64,000 nucleotides of DNA from Parcubacteria group bacterium GW2011_GWA2_51_10 (GCA_001004265.1 LCQS01000001.1:2324-66323), one strand, 5' to 3'; shown: positions 45,437 to 55,419, counted from the first letter of the stretch. Notes: generated by a model not told the origin, from the sequence alone. A program made the numbers and translations.

Positions 45437-46738
45437 TCAAACTTCCCCAAGCATAGGAAGTCCGAGGCGGCGGCGGGTGGTCTCGCCCTTGAAGAGATCC
45501 TGCGTGCGTTCTGCCGCGTGTCCTCGATCGCCAGCATGAGCGCCGTTTCGCATTGCCTGGAAGCTTGTTCCGAGAAAGACGGTGTGCTTGCCGTATCGCC
45601 CTGAAATCTCATCCACGCTTTCAAAGATTCGCTTGAGACCCTCGGACTTAGCCACGGAGCCGAATAAATCAAGCTGACCACCGCCGCCGTCAATTAATTT
45701 CATCATTGTGATGCCCGTGGCCCGGTAGAGGATATTTTTGTGAAAAATCTTGGGGAAGTGCTCCCCTGTCGCTTTCAGAATGTCGTGTGGTACGGAGCTC
45801 GGGAATGGCAATTTTATTTCGCACGCGTGATATTTGAATTCCTGCGTCTTGAGAAAAAAGACAATTTCCGATGCCACGAGGTCCCATCGGCGAAGTTTGA
45901 TGCATGCATTTTCGATATTTTTAGAAAGCTGCGAATACACAAATTCAGGATTCCGAGATGGTGGTGTGAATGTTTTTGTTTTCGAGATCGAAAGATGCGT
46001 CTGTCGGCCTTCCACATCCAATTCGTTCATGACTTCGCCGTTCAGTTCATGCCAAATCTCAATGAATGGTTTTGAGAGCATCGCCTTCACCCAGACCTCT
46101 TCCCTCTTGGCGAATTCCCACGCGGTGCGGATTCCATATGTATTTAAATATGCCGCCGTGTTCGGGCCCACGCCCCAAATCTTCTCGACCGGTGTTTTCT
46201 CCAAGTAGGCGCGGACGTCTTTGAGCGAGATGGCAGTCAGCCCATCGGGTTTTTTCCACTTCGAACCGATCTTTGCGAGTACCTTTGTCGCGGAAAGGCC
46301 GATGGAGAAAGTCATCCCCAGTTCCCTCTCCAAGTCCTGCTTAATGTGCTCGGCAATATTACGATATCCCATTCGATGTACGCGCCGCATACCTGACAAA
46401 TCCGCAAAGCATTCGTCAATGCTGTATTCCTCCACAGCCGGCGTGTAGCGCCGGACGATTTCATACATACGATTCGAGAATAGACTGTATGTCTCATAAT
46501 CCGACGGCAGGATAACCACACTCGGGCACACTCTCCGTATTTCAGAGAGCATCATGCCGCGCTTCACGCCCATGCGTTTGGCCTCATAGGTCATTGAGGA
46601 AGCGATACCGCGCTCTTTTCCTGTCACGACCGGCTTTCCTCGGAGTGCCGGATTTTTGGCAACCTCACACGATGCGAAAAAAGAGTCGCCATCGATGTGA
46701 AGAATCGCTCGCGGAAACGAATGTGAGATACCCCACAT
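45437..46738 (-). CDS. Y-family DNA polymerase (DinB/UmuC-like)
   Basis: ILHIDGDSFFASCE (catalytic Asp), SIDECFADL (DE), little-finger region, 433 aa. Co-oriented downstream of lexA. Confidence 0.87.
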   Translation of the reverse strand: MWGISHSFPRAILHIDGDSFFASCEVAKNPALRGKPVVTGKERGIASSMTYEAKRMGVKRGMMLSEIRRVCPSVVILPSDYETYSLFSNRMYEIVRRYTPAVEEYSIDECFADLSGMRRVHRMGYRNIAEHIKQDLERELGMTFSIGLSATKVLAKIGSKWKKPDGLTAISLKDVRAYLEKTPVEKIWGVGPNTAAYLNTYGIRTAWEFAKREEVWVKAMLSKPFIEIWHELNGEVMNELDVEGRQTHLSISKTKTFTPPSRNPEFVYSQLSKNIENACIKLRRWDLVASEIVFFLKTQEFKYHACEIKLPFPSSVPHDILKATGEHFPKIFHKNILYRATGITMMKLIDGGGGQLDLFGSVAKSEGLKRIFESVDEISGRYGKHTVFLGTSFQAMRNGAHAGDRGHAAERTQDLFKGETTRRRLGLPMLGEV

Positions 46739-46741
46739 AAG

Positions 46742-46776
46742 TTAGTGAGTAGTTAGTAGAAAGTAGTAAGTAGATA
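46742..46776 (-). repeat. Heptad-phased module immediately upstream of the polymerase start (CTAC arm in gene orientation)
   Basis: Plus-strand TTAG at 46742 and GTAG at 46749, 46756, 46763 and 46770. Confidence 0.8.
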
Positions 46777-46795
46777 AGCAACCCATAGACCTCAT

Positions 46796-47362
46796 TCAGT
46801 ACTTACGGACGACGGCGGTTACTACTGCCTCTACTCTGAAATTCTCGGTAGGATAAATCGGTTTGTACTTTACATTCGCCGGCTCAAGAAAATATTTCCC
46901 GCTCTTTTTTCTAAGATATTTCATTGTGTATTCGTTATCTATACTCGCGATCACGATTTGCCCGGGCTTATAGGTGGCGCGACGCTCGACAATGACCATA
47001 TCTCCCGGATGTATGCCGGCGTCTATCATTGAGTCGCCTTTCACCTTGAGGATGTAGCTCGCCTCTTTATTTGGCGTGAGATACTCGTCAAAATCCATTA
47101 CGTCCATAAGCTCTTCCTCAGCCGGGCTCGGAAATCCCGCCTCTACAAGGCCAAGGAGGCGCGTGCTGCCTTTTATAGCCCTCGGGATAAGATGGCCAGA
47201 ATTGTCTTTGGAGACCAAACCCTCGGCTATAAGGCGCTCTAAGAGCTTAAAAACGGCGTTTTTAGACCTAAAACCTGTCAGGCCCATGATTTCCTTGTAT
47301 CCGGGCAAACGGCCGCTTTTATGATAAAAAGCGACGATCCTTTCTTTGTAGGTTTGATACAT
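46796..47362 (-). CDS. lexA: LexA-like SOS repressor (wHTH plus S24 peptidase)
   Basis: N-terminal winged HTH, Ala-Gly cleavage site in LVEAGFP, Ser in KGDSM, Lys in YTMKYL. Confidence 0.85.
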   Translation of the reverse strand: MYQTYKERIVAFYHKSGRLPGYKEIMGLTGFRSKNAVFKLLERLIAEGLVSKDNSGHLIPRAIKGSTRLLGLVEAGFPSPAEEELMDVMDFDEYLTPNKEASYILKVKGDSMIDAGIHPGDMVIVERRATYKPGQIVIASIDNEYTMKYLRKKSGKYFLEPANVKYKPIYPTENFRVEAVVTAVVRKY

Positions 47363-47374
47363 CCCTACATCCTA

Positions 47375-47390
47375 GTGAACTCCAGTTCAC
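47375..47390. promoter_or_regulatory. Putative SOS (LexA) box, Cheo-box type GAAC-N4-GTTC
   Basis: Perfect palindrome GTGAAC-TCCA-GTTCAC, 12 nt upstream of the lexA ATG (47362). Confidence 0.65.
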
Positions 47391-47398
47391 CTGTCAAA

Positions 47399-47785
47399 TC
47401 AATGAATATTTTCCGAGAACTTTGCTGCAACTTTCTCTCGAAGCTTTCTGATCTTTGGATCATTGCTGATTGCGGACGCCGTATCGAGCCTGTCGGACAA
47501 CACTTTCAATTCTTCAGGGGATCCTACTCCATACTTCTCTACCCACTGTTCCACTTCTCTGGTAATTTCATTCGCCACCTGCTTCGGCTTTAAAGATTCT
47601 GTACCATGCCACATGATTTTACCGCGTGACTGACGCAGTTCTTTCTTATGTGCATGGTCGAGCTTGATTTCGGTTACTGTTTTTTGCGGTACTGAGAGCG
47701 AAAGGGCGGATTTTATAAGGTGCCGAATTTGTCCTTCCGGATGCTCCCTCTTACGCCTACCAGTTCTTTCAGGACCCTGCCTCAT
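47399..47785 (-). CDS. Hypothetical protein upstream of lexA
   Basis: 128-aa ORF, charged and helical, no family recognised. An internal Met (MWHGTESL...) is an alternative start. Confidence 0.3.
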   Translation of the reverse strand: MRQGPERTGRRKREHPEGQIRHLIKSALSLSVPQKTVTEIKLDHAHKKELRQSRGKIMWHGTESLKPKQVANEITREVEQWVEKYGVGSPEELKVLSDRLDTASAISNDPKIRKLREKVAAKFSENIH

Positions 47786-47860
47786 ATATTCAGTATGGGA
47801 TGCATTATCAGAAAAGACAAGCGTGCGGTTTCCCGGCGCACGCTGTGAAGAGGGAGGATC

Positions 47861-48115
47861 TTATCGCCCGGTGCATCGTCTGCTTTTTTCGGGCTTGCCG
47901 TATTTCCGCGCCCGATGATGCCACCAGCCATGTGCTCTGCGTAGGCGTTCATGCTGTCGTAAATCAGCTTGCGCGCCCAGATAAGTCAACACGAGCGATG
48001 AGGTAACGATAAACAATATCCCCACCGCCGACGCAGGGTCGCCTATGCTACTGCCGACTATCCCTGTGACACTATTCAAGACAAGTGACAAAGTCACTTG
48101 GTTTTTCGTCTCCAT
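47861..48115 (-). CDS. Hypothetical two-TM protein with basic tail
   Basis: METKNQVTLSLVLNSVTGIVGSSIG...AVGILFIVTSSLVLTYLGA. GAGG lies 9 nt upstream of the ATG at 48115. Confidence 0.3.
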   Translation of the reverse strand: METKNQVTLSLVLNSVTGIVGSSIGDPASAVGILFIVTSSLVLTYLGAQADLRQHERLRRAHGWWHHRARKYGKPEKSRRCTGR

Positions 48116-48157
48116 TGGTCTCACCCTCGTTATTGTTCAGGTACTATAAAATCACAT

Positions 48158-48829
48158 ATGCCGAGCGAGAGCAATCTGCCGCGTTTGTATTATTATTCAG
48201 CGATGCGTCAATGGATTGCGCTACTGCAGAAAGATGAACGGAAATTATTTCGCACGCTTAATACTCCGCAGAAGATCCAAGATTACCTCGATACGTTGCC
48301 GATAAACTTTGAGAGAAACGGTGAGACATATATGTCACCTCGGCGAGTGATAAAGGCAGGCATCGCCCACTGTTTTGAGGGTGCGCTCTTTGCAGCGGCG
48401 GCATTGTGGTTCCACGGGCAAAGACCTTTAATCCTCGACTTGCGCACGGTGCCGTATGATGAAGATCACGTTGTCGCGTTATTTCAAACGGGCGGACTGT
48501 GGGGAGCCATAAGCAAAACCAATCATGCAATACTTCGCTACCGAGATCCGATATACAAAACGGTGCGCGAGCTCGCGATCTCTTACTTTCATGAGTACAT
48601 GCTCGAGAATCGGAAAAAAACATTGCGCGAATACTCTAAACCGTTCAATCTCTCGCGCTATAGTCCCGCGAAATGGATCACGGCGGAAGAGGAGCTTCAC
48701 TGGCTTGTAGAAGCGCTTGATACTAGTCCTCACTTCCCTATTGTCCCGTCGTCAGCCTTAAGAAAACTTCGTCTCATCTCGAAGCCTGAAGCTAAAATTC
48801 TCGAAATCACCGAATGGCCAAGGGACTAG
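48158..48829 (+). CDS. Hypothetical protein with papain/transglutaminase-like Cys-His pattern
   Basis: GIAHCFEGALFAAAAL (candidate nucleophile Cys) and DEDHVVALF (candidate His). Start moved to the ATG at 48158, which is preceded by TAAAAT 5 nt upstream. Confidence 0.4.
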   Translation: MPSESNLPRLYYYSAMRQWIALLQKDERKLFRTLNTPQKIQDYLDTLPINFERNGETYMSPRRVIKAGIAHCFEGALFAAAALWFHGQRPLILDLRTVPYDEDHVVALFQTGGLWGAISKTNHAILRYRDPIYKTVRELAISYFHEYMLENRKKTLREYSKPFNLSRYSPAKWITAEEELHWLVEALDTSPHFPIVPSSALRKLRLISKPEAKILEITEWPRD

Positions 48830-48912
48830 TTGGTGGTCAGTAGTAAAGTAGCGAATGCCAAGGAAATAGGTTGCGTTTTAACTACTTACTACTAACTACT
48901 TTCTACTCACTA
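48830..48912. repeat. Heptad module pair shared by two convergent genes
   Basis: A degenerate GTAG arm (48840-48852). CTAC at 48882, 48889, 48896 and 48903, then CTAG at 48910, which is the stop codon of the minus-strand M23 gene. Confidence 0.8.
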
Positions 48913-50181
48913 GAGATAATTCATCGGATTCAAATATCCCGATAGAGGCGCTATCGGCATCATCGCCTCGGAGCAAGAGGTTTTCTTGTTTGTCGCATCG
49001 CCCAATTTCATTATTTGGGTTGCAGTAGAAGCATAGACGCCGAAATGCAAGTGCGGTCCGGTAGCGTATCCCGTCTGGCCGCTGTAGCCGATTACCTGTC
49101 CGCCAACAACCGATTCTTCTGCGGTAACATTGATTTGCGAGAGGTGGGCGTAGAGCGTATCGAGTCCGTTTTCATGGCGCACGAGAACCCATCTGCCATA
49201 CGAATAGCACCCCTTCACGGAGCCTGTATCGCCCGTGCCTTTCACGACTCCCCCACGAGCCGCTCTTACGGGTGTGCCGATCGAAGCGGCAAGGTCGATG
49301 CCATTGTGGCCCTTCCCGTTGTACGCACCGGCGAGCGCGAAACTAGAATTGCCAAATTCTTGCGTAAGACGTACTTTGTCGAGCGGCCACTGCAGAATCC
49401 CCTTTCCTACGGCCGTGATTTTCGACGGATCGACGGTGTATTGCAGTCTCGCCTGCAGATCCAGAAGTGCGCTTTCAAAGTTCGCCTTCGCAGCCTGCTT
49501 CTGCGCGAGTAGTGCCTGGTATGTTGATTCTTGCGATTTCGTCTCAGCCAAGAGGTCTGCTTGCGCCTTGCGCGTGGCATTCAGCGAGCCTTGCTGGGTT
49601 AAAAGTGTTTGCTGCTCCTTCTGCAATTGCACGCGTTTTTTCTCGGCGTCAGTCTTAATTTCTGTCAGGGATTCCTTTTCCGTCGCAAGGCGATCGATGT
49701 CATCGCTCACGGCGTCTTGAATGTTCGCAATGGCATCTGCATCCTGCCATGCCTCGGAAATATTTTCCGCGGAAAGAAGGGAGATAGAGAATGGGATTTC
49801 TTCAGTTTGCGCCATTCGACGAATTGATTCCGCAAGTCCGGCCTCATTGCTTTCAATCGTGCTCTCTTTCTTAGCGATTCCGCCGGCAAGCTGCTGGATC
49901 TGCAGCTGCGTTGTTTTTATTTGATTTTTTGTCAGATTGATTGATGCCGTCAGTTTTTTGCGTTGAAGATCGAGTTGTGCGATCTGATTCTGGAGCGTAT
50001 TTTTTTGCTTCACTGTAGAATCGAGCTGCGTCTGGAATTGCGCGATTTCTTTATTCAGTTTTTCGATTTCTACGCTGTTGCGGTCTATCTCCTGTTGCAG
50101 CTCATCGCGAGTCTGTGCAAAAGAAACAAATGGCGCGGCAAATAGTACGATGAGAAGCACGAACGAAAGAGCCCTGCTCAT
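48910..50181 (-). CDS. Secreted coiled-coil M23 metallopeptidase (EnvC/LytM-like, catalytic residues intact)
   Basis: Signal peptide MSRALSFVLLIVLFAAPFVSFA, a long Gln/Leu-rich coiled coil, HNGIDLA (HxxxD) and GPHLHF (HxH). The ATG at 50181 overlaps the gltX TGA (ATGA). Confidence 0.85.
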   Translation of the reverse strand: MSRALSFVLLIVLFAAPFVSFAQTRDELQQEIDRNSVEIEKLNKEIAQFQTQLDSTVKQKNTLQNQIAQLDLQRKKLTASINLTKNQIKTTQLQIQQLAGGIAKKESTIESNEAGLAESIRRMAQTEEIPFSISLLSAENISEAWQDADAIANIQDAVSDDIDRLATEKESLTEIKTDAEKKRVQLQKEQQTLLTQQGSLNATRKAQADLLAETKSQESTYQALLAQKQAAKANFESALLDLQARLQYTVDPSKITAVGKGILQWPLDKVRLTQEFGNSSFALAGAYNGKGHNGIDLAASIGTPVRAARGGVVKGTGDTGSVKGCYSYGRWVLVRHENGLDTLYAHLSQINVTAEESVVGGQVIGYSGQTGYATGPHLHFGVYASTATQIMKLGDATNKKTSCSEAMMPIAPLSGYLNPMNYL

Positions 50182-51533
50182 AACGCGGCAATAGCGGCAT
50201 CTATTCTTCGGAGCGCTGCATCCCGGCCGATCACGGAGGCGATCACGAATGGGTCTGGTGAGCGCTCTTTCCCACTCAAGGCATATCGAAGCGGCCACAG
50301 AACTTTGCCGCGGCCCTCGTGTGTCGCGTATTCCCATACAGCATCCTTTAGACGTTCGGGCAGAGAAAAGATTTCAGGCTCTGCGGCAGACAATTTGTCG
50401 TGCAGCGTCGTGAGATGGCGGCGCGCTTCGCCCGCGCCGCTTCCTTTCTCCGGGATTTTGGCAGAAACAAGAGTCGGGTCGGAAAAGAAGTAATCAAATT
50501 CGCCATTTGTCACGAGAGAGCCGACATCGCTCCAGACACTTATACGCTCGTGCACAATTGGCGCGAGCTTGCGACCGATTTCGGGATCCCACAGCAGCTT
50601 GCGAGCCGCGACATACTTTTCTAATTCCACTTGCGCGGTCGCCTCAAATTCTTCGCGTGGCATTTGCAGAAGATACTGTCTGTTGAACCAGCGCAGCTTC
50701 TCGATATCGAAGACGGCACCGCTTTTATGCACATCCGAGATATCAAATTCCTGCACCATCTCGCCGAGTGAGAGAATTTCTTTTCCCGACGGCGGCGTCC
50801 AGCCGAGGGTGGCGACGTAATTGAGGAGCGCTTGCGGCAAAAATCCCGCCTCTCTGTAGCTGCGGACAGATACATCGCCCGTTCTTTTTGACAATTTCGC
50901 TCTGTCGCTTCCTAGATGGAGTGGGTAATGCGCGTAGAGCGGCCGCTCTACACCGAGGGCCTCCTGGATCAGAATTTGGCGCGGTGTATTTGAGATGTGA
51001 TCATCCCCGCGAATCACGTGCGTGATTCGCATGAGAGCGTCGTCAACAACCACTGCAAAGTGATACAGCGCCTCGGATAGCGAGCGCGCAATAACGAAAT
51101 CTCCAAGCTCTCTCGTGTCGAAGGTTATGTCACCGCGGATGAGGTCGGTGAATGTTATAAGAGTGCCGGGATTTTTAAGCCGGACGACATGAAGCATTTT
51201 GCCCGGTTCCTTTTTGCTCTCTTCTTCAGAAATATACGCACTCTTCTCGCTGACGAGCCGATCCAGCTCGTGGCTATAGATCTCGGTCCTCTCCGATTGG
51301 CGGTAAAACTCATCCCAATCGAGCCCAATCCAATGAAGGGAGTCGATAATGTCGGCCTCGTACTCTCCCTTGCTGCGTTCTCTATCGGTATCCTCGCTTC
51401 GGAAGACGATCGTGCCTTTGTGTTTGCGAGCAAAGAGATAATTCAATATCGCCATGCGAGCTGTCCCGACATGGCAGTAACCCGTTGGACTCGGCGGAAA
51501 ACGTACACGCACCTCGTTCATTCCAAGATTCAT
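50178..51533 (-). CDS. gltX: Glutamyl-tRNA synthetase
   Basis: RFPPSPTGYCHVGTAR (HIGH region), KLSKR (KMSKS). Start placed at the Met of MNLGMNEVRVRF (51533), not at the ORF-track 51584. Confidence 0.9.
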   Translation of the reverse strand: MNLGMNEVRVRFPPSPTGYCHVGTARMAILNYLFARKHKGTIVFRSEDTDRERSKGEYEADIIDSLHWIGLDWDEFYRQSERTEIYSHELDRLVSEKSAYISEEESKKEPGKMLHVVRLKNPGTLITFTDLIRGDITFDTRELGDFVIARSLSEALYHFAVVVDDALMRITHVIRGDDHISNTPRQILIQEALGVERPLYAHYPLHLGSDRAKLSKRTGDVSVRSYREAGFLPQALLNYVATLGWTPPSGKEILSLGEMVQEFDISDVHKSGAVFDIEKLRWFNRQYLLQMPREEFEATAQVELEKYVAARKLLWDPEIGRKLAPIVHERISVWSDVGSLVTNGEFDYFFSDPTLVSAKIPEKGSGAGEARRHLTTLHDKLSAAEPEIFSLPERLKDAVWEYATHEGRGKVLWPLRYALSGKERSPDPFVIASVIGRDAALRRIDAAIAAL

Positions 51534-51647
51534 CCCGTTAGAAGCAGGGCGCGGCCGAGTACTGCTTTTCTTGTGCCACGTCATAAATATATATTATCCA
51601 TTACTCAAGTATCCAGATAATTACGCGTCCGCGGCTTCTAACGGGAT
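51532..51647 (-). repeat. Long-range 14-bp perfect inverted repeat (CCCGTTAGA family) clamping the murG stop to the gltX start
   Basis: ATCCCGTTAGAAGC (51532-51545) and GCTTCTAACGGGAT (51634-51647). In gene orientation the first arm begins on the A of the murG TGA and the second ends on the AT of the gltX ATG. Confidence 0.85.
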
Positions 51648-52789
51648 CATACCGACTCGTGCTCGAGCGCCGTATCAATGATGAGGACAGCTATCTTGCG
51701 CGCGCTTGCCGGCCGAGCAAAAGCGCGCGCGGCGCCGCGCATTTTTTCTTGCAGATCTTTATCGCCCACGATGCGCTCTATTTCCGAAAGCAGAATGTGC
51801 GGCGTGAGATTGTGCTGTTCGATAACGACCGCTGCGCCGCTGCGCGCATATGAAAATGCATTTTCCGTCTGATCATGCGATATATCCTTCGGAATCGGAA
51901 CGAGTATCGCGGGGATGCCCCAACTCGCGATCTCGAAAATGGTTCCACTACCTGCGCGCGCCACAACGACCGTCGCAATTCCAGCCGCCATTCGCAGGGC
52001 GAGCGTGTTTAAGAGGCCGAAGGCGCGATAGCGTTGCTCAAATGAAGAATGCTCAAGAACGAGACGCGCGATTCTTTTCGTCTCATCGAGGTGTGCCGTA
52101 CCGGCTTGATGAATGACATTGTATCGCTTCACCAAATCCGGAAGCGCGTCTAAAACGGCATTGTTTATTGTCATGGAGCCCTGCGAGCCGCCCATAATAA
52201 AGACACTCGGAAGGCCGTTCTCTAGTTTCAGAAACTCATATCCCCCTTCACGCGCGGGCGCTTCGATCTCTTTTCGAATCGGGTGTCCGATGCGTGCGAT
52301 TTTATCGCGGGCGCTCTTTGGGAATTTTGCGGCAGCATCCGGATGCGCCACACCGATTCTGCTGGCGAATTTCGATGACCATACTGATACCCGGCCGGGC
52401 GTCGCATCCGCGTCGTATATGATGACGGGAATTCGTAGGAGGCGCGCCGCAAAAAGAGTCGGATACGCTGCAAAGCCGCCCGTTGAGAATACGACATCCG
52501 GATATAACTTGTAGAGCTGGATCGTCGCGCGGATGACTCCCCAGCCAGTTTTTATAATGTCAAAAATATTGAGAATGCTCCGATAGCGCCGCAGGCGCCC
52601 CGCCGGGCTCTTCATATACACAATGTCATGTTCGCTAATGGCAACAGGATCGAAGACGGATGGGCCGATGTAGAAAAGCTGGGGCTCGATGAGCCGTCGC
52701 TCCTTGCTGACATCCTCGAGCGCCTCCGAGACCGCGATGAGAGGATAAAAATGTCCGCCCGTCCCGCCACCTGTGAGTGCGATTCTCAT
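51647..52789 (-). CDS. murG: UDP-N-acetylglucosamine--N-acetylmuramyl-(pentapeptide) pyrophosphoryl-undecaprenol GlcNAc transferase
   Basis: MRIALTGGGTGGHFYPLIAV and the GT28 C-terminal pattern (MGGSQGS). Confidence 0.9.
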   Translation of the reverse strand: MRIALTGGGTGGHFYPLIAVSEALEDVSKERRLIEPQLFYIGPSVFDPVAISEHDIVYMKSPAGRLRRYRSILNIFDIIKTGWGVIRATIQLYKLYPDVVFSTGGFAAYPTLFAARLLRIPVIIYDADATPGRVSVWSSKFASRIGVAHPDAAAKFPKSARDKIARIGHPIRKEIEAPAREGGYEFLKLENGLPSVFIMGGSQGSMTINNAVLDALPDLVKRYNVIHQAGTAHLDETKRIARLVLEHSSFEQRYRAFGLLNTLALRMAAGIATVVVARAGSGTIFEIASWGIPAILVPIPKDISHDQTENAFSYARSGAAVVIEQHNLTPHILLSEIERIVGDKDLQEKMRGAARAFARPASARKIAVLIIDTALEHESV

Positions 52790-52845
52790 TTTCTTATTGT
52801 ATCAAAAGTAAGGCGCCCTCGCCGCGCAAGGCGACGAGGACGCTG

Positions 52846-53172
52846 CTATTCCCGCTTCAGTTTTCTTAGCAGTCGCCCTACAGCCGCGATACAGTTGTCG
52901 TAGGTTTGCAGGTCGTAGACACTTTTCCTGTACTGGTTCCAGCATTCGTGGTCGAGATGGAACTGTACGTCTATGAGCACGTCCGCCTTTGCCGTGCGCA
53001 GCGCTCTCCTGTAGTCCATGGCCTCGATCGCCGATAGAATCCAAAGCGCGCAGAATGCGGTTGCAAGGAACGTGAGTAAGATCGGCAGAATCCGGATGCG
53101 CCGCTGCGGCACGCGGAGCGGTATGATTTCCATCGGTCCTGTATCGGTGTACGCATATTGGTACGTGCGCAT
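52846..53172 (-). CDS. Hypothetical single-TM protein between ftsW and murG
   Basis: 108-aa ORF, TM ILPILLTFLATAFCALWILSAI, co-oriented in the operon. No family recognised. Confidence 0.35.
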   Translation of the reverse strand: MRTYQYAYTDTGPMEIIPLRVPQRRIRILPILLTFLATAFCALWILSAIEAMDYRRALRTAKADVLIDVQFHLDHECWNQYRKSVYDLQTYDNCIAAVGRLLRKLKRE

Positions 53173-53246
53173 TTTATTCCCCCGTCTGTGTGAAGCGCCA
53201 GGATAGCGCTATCTGTGCAGAAATGTGCGACAGCTGCTCTCATCTG

Positions 53247-54347
53247 TCAATTCTTTGCGCGTCGAGAAATATTTAAGAGTATTCCAGCACTCGCAAGCGA
53301 AACGAGCATCGCGCTTCCTCCTTGGCTTATGAACGTGAGCGGTATTCCCGTAATGGGCACGAGGCCGAGCATCGCGGCGATATTTATGAATGCCTCACTT
53401 CCTAAGTATGTCGCAATGCCGATCCCTAAAAGTCCTCCGAACACATCAGGTGCGCGCGCAGCGACGCTAAATCCACGCAGCGCAAAAAGAAGAAACAACA
53501 ACACGAGCGCAACGCTTCCGATGAAGCCAAATTCCTCGGCCGCAACAGCGAAAATCGAATCCCCCATTGGCTCCGGCAAGTACGTAAATTTCTGCACGCC
53601 CTGCCCGAATCCTCGCCCAGTCAATGCGCCAGAACCAATTGCGATCAGTGATTGCTTTATTTGGTACCCTTCGGCTTGTTGATTTTGAGACGGGTTGATA
53701 AATGTCAGAATGCGCTCTTTTGCATACGGCTTTGCCATAATTAATACGCCAAGGGCAATCGGCACTATGCAGAGAATCGCAATGACATGCTTCCATGGCG
53801 GACCCGCGGCTATATACACTGCAAAAGTGGCAATGAAAATGACGCCGAAAGTGCCGATATCCGGCTGCAGAAACAAGAGCACTGCAGGGAGAGCGATGAG
53901 CACGAGAAATCCGCCGAGTGAGTGTCGCATGGAGTAGAGGCGCCCTCTGAACACAGAAAAATAGGCAGCCGCCATGATAATTGTGCCGAGCTTTAGTGCT
54001 TCTGATGGCTGGAAAGAAAGGCCGAAGATATCGAGCCACCGCCGGCCGCCGCCGTGCGCTATTCCAAGATCGGGCACGAACACAAGCGCTGTTGCGATGA
54101 GTGAGAGTGCATAGATGTATGGCGCGAATCGCCGCCACTTCTTATGATCCACAATACTCGCCACAATCAGTGCGAGAAGTCCAAGGCCGAGGCCGAGCAC
54201 GATATGATTGAACGCAACAGAAGGAAGATTTTCCATACCGCGCGCGAGAAGCCCGAATGAAGCCGACGCGAACATGAAAACGCCGCTCGCGAGCAGGAGA
54301 ACTATCAATATTAGAAGCAGTTTGTCGATATGTGGTATGCGTTGCAT
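53247..54347 (-). CDS. ftsW: SEDS-family peptidoglycan glycosyltransferase FtsW/RodA
   Basis: Ten TM helices, RRWLDIFGLSFQPSE, FAVAAEEFGFIG, GIPLTFISQGGSA. Confidence 0.88.
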   Translation of the reverse strand: MQRIPHIDKLLLILIVLLLASGVFMFASASFGLLARGMENLPSVAFNHIVLGLGLGLLALIVASIVDHKKWRRFAPYIYALSLIATALVFVPDLGIAHGGGRRWLDIFGLSFQPSEALKLGTIIMAAAYFSVFRGRLYSMRHSLGGFLVLIALPAVLLFLQPDIGTFGVIFIATFAVYIAAGPPWKHVIAILCIVPIALGVLIMAKPYAKERILTFINPSQNQQAEGYQIKQSLIAIGSGALTGRGFGQGVQKFTYLPEPMGDSIFAVAAEEFGFIGSVALVLLFLLFALRGFSVAARAPDVFGGLLGIGIATYLGSEAFINIAAMLGLVPITGIPLTFISQGGSAMLVSLASAGILLNISRRAKN

Positions 54348-54354
54348 ATCATGC

Positions 54355-55419
54355 TTACCTCAGCGAGAGAATCGCGATGATTACGCCGGCAAACGCAAAG
54401 ATGATGGAAAGCACCCAATAGCGCATAACGACCTTGTATCCGGGCCAGCCGATCGCCTCGAAATGATGATGAAGGGGCGCTATGCGAAATACCTTACGTC
54501 CGAGAAACCTCTTCGAGAGCACTTGCGCGATATCGGAAGCGACTGTAGCGACCAGAAGTGCACCGATCACCGGCAATACGGAAATGCCGATACCTCCACC
54601 GAGGTTATCAGTCATAAATGCGGTGACCGCGAGTGCGAGCGTGAGCCCCATTGTACCGGTATCGCTCATATAAAAACGCGCCGGCGGAATATTGAACCAC
54701 AGGAAGGCAAGGAGGCCGCCGACGATGGCGGCAGAGAATGCGGACAAATCTATTTGATTCTGCGCATACGCGATGAGTGCGTACGAGGCGAATACGGATG
54801 CGAACACGCCGCCCGAGAGGCCGTCTATGCCGTCTATGACTCCGCTCGCGTAAACTGCAAGCGCTATCGCGACGAAAAGTGGAATAATGAGCCACCCAAT
54901 TTCGAACGGATTTCCAAATGGGATATTCACGGCGGTGACGCCAAGTTTCGCGTAAAACCACCAGCCGAGAAAAAGCGATAGTAGAACGACGATTGCAAGA
55001 CGCGCGCGAAGGGAGAGGCCGCCTCCGGCATGTCTCACGACCAAAAAATCGTCCAGTAGGCCTGCAAACGATCCGGTAAGTAGAGCCGCGAGTGGTATCC
55101 ACGTCTGACTGCGGCTTAAAAAGTCTAATTTTAAGATTGATGCGCTTGGCATAAACTCCGCGACGAGTGCGATGCCGATGATCGTGAGGAGCACGCTTCC
55201 CCATACGACAATTCCTCCCATGCGAGGCGCGCGTACCTCGTGTTTTTCATGGAGGTAGTTGAATTCAGCCGCCGGAGTCCCGTCAAGTGCCGTTTTCCCG
55301 GGAATTTTTTTCCACGCACGGTACTTGTAGAGATAATGCGTCAGGATTGGCGTCAAGATCATGCCTATCACGAACGCCGCACCCGCGGGCACGAGAATCC
55401 TGACAATATCGTACTGCAT
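54355..55419 (-). CDS. mraY: Phospho-N-acetylmuramoyl-pentapeptide-transferase
   Basis: PRMGG, AGLLDDF, GIDGLSGG, APLHHHFE. Confidence 0.93.
   Translation of the reverse strand: MQYDIVRILVPAGAAFVIGMILTPILTHYLYKYRAWKKIPGKTALDGTPAAEFNYLHEKHEVRAPRMGGIVVWGSVLLTIIGIALVAEFMPSASILKLDFLSRSQTWIPLAALLTGSFAGLLDDFLVVRHAGGGLSLRARLAIVVLLSLFLGWWFYAKLGVTAVNIPFGNPFEIGWLIIPLFVAIALAVYASGVIDGIDGLSGGVFASVFASYALIAYAQNQIDLSAFSAAIVGGLLAFLWFNIPPARFYMSDTGTMGLTLALAVTAFMTDNLGGGIGISVLPVIGALLVATVASDIAQVLSKRFLGRKVFRIAPLHHHFEAIGWPGYKVVMRYWVLSIIFAFAGVIIAILSLR

Noticed and set aside
53467-54981. 223-aa minus-strand and 257-aa plus-strand alternative-frame ORFs overlapping ftsW and mraY
   Set aside because: ftsW and mraY are conserved end to end in their own frames. 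The overlapping frames have biased Arg/Cys/His composition and no motifs.
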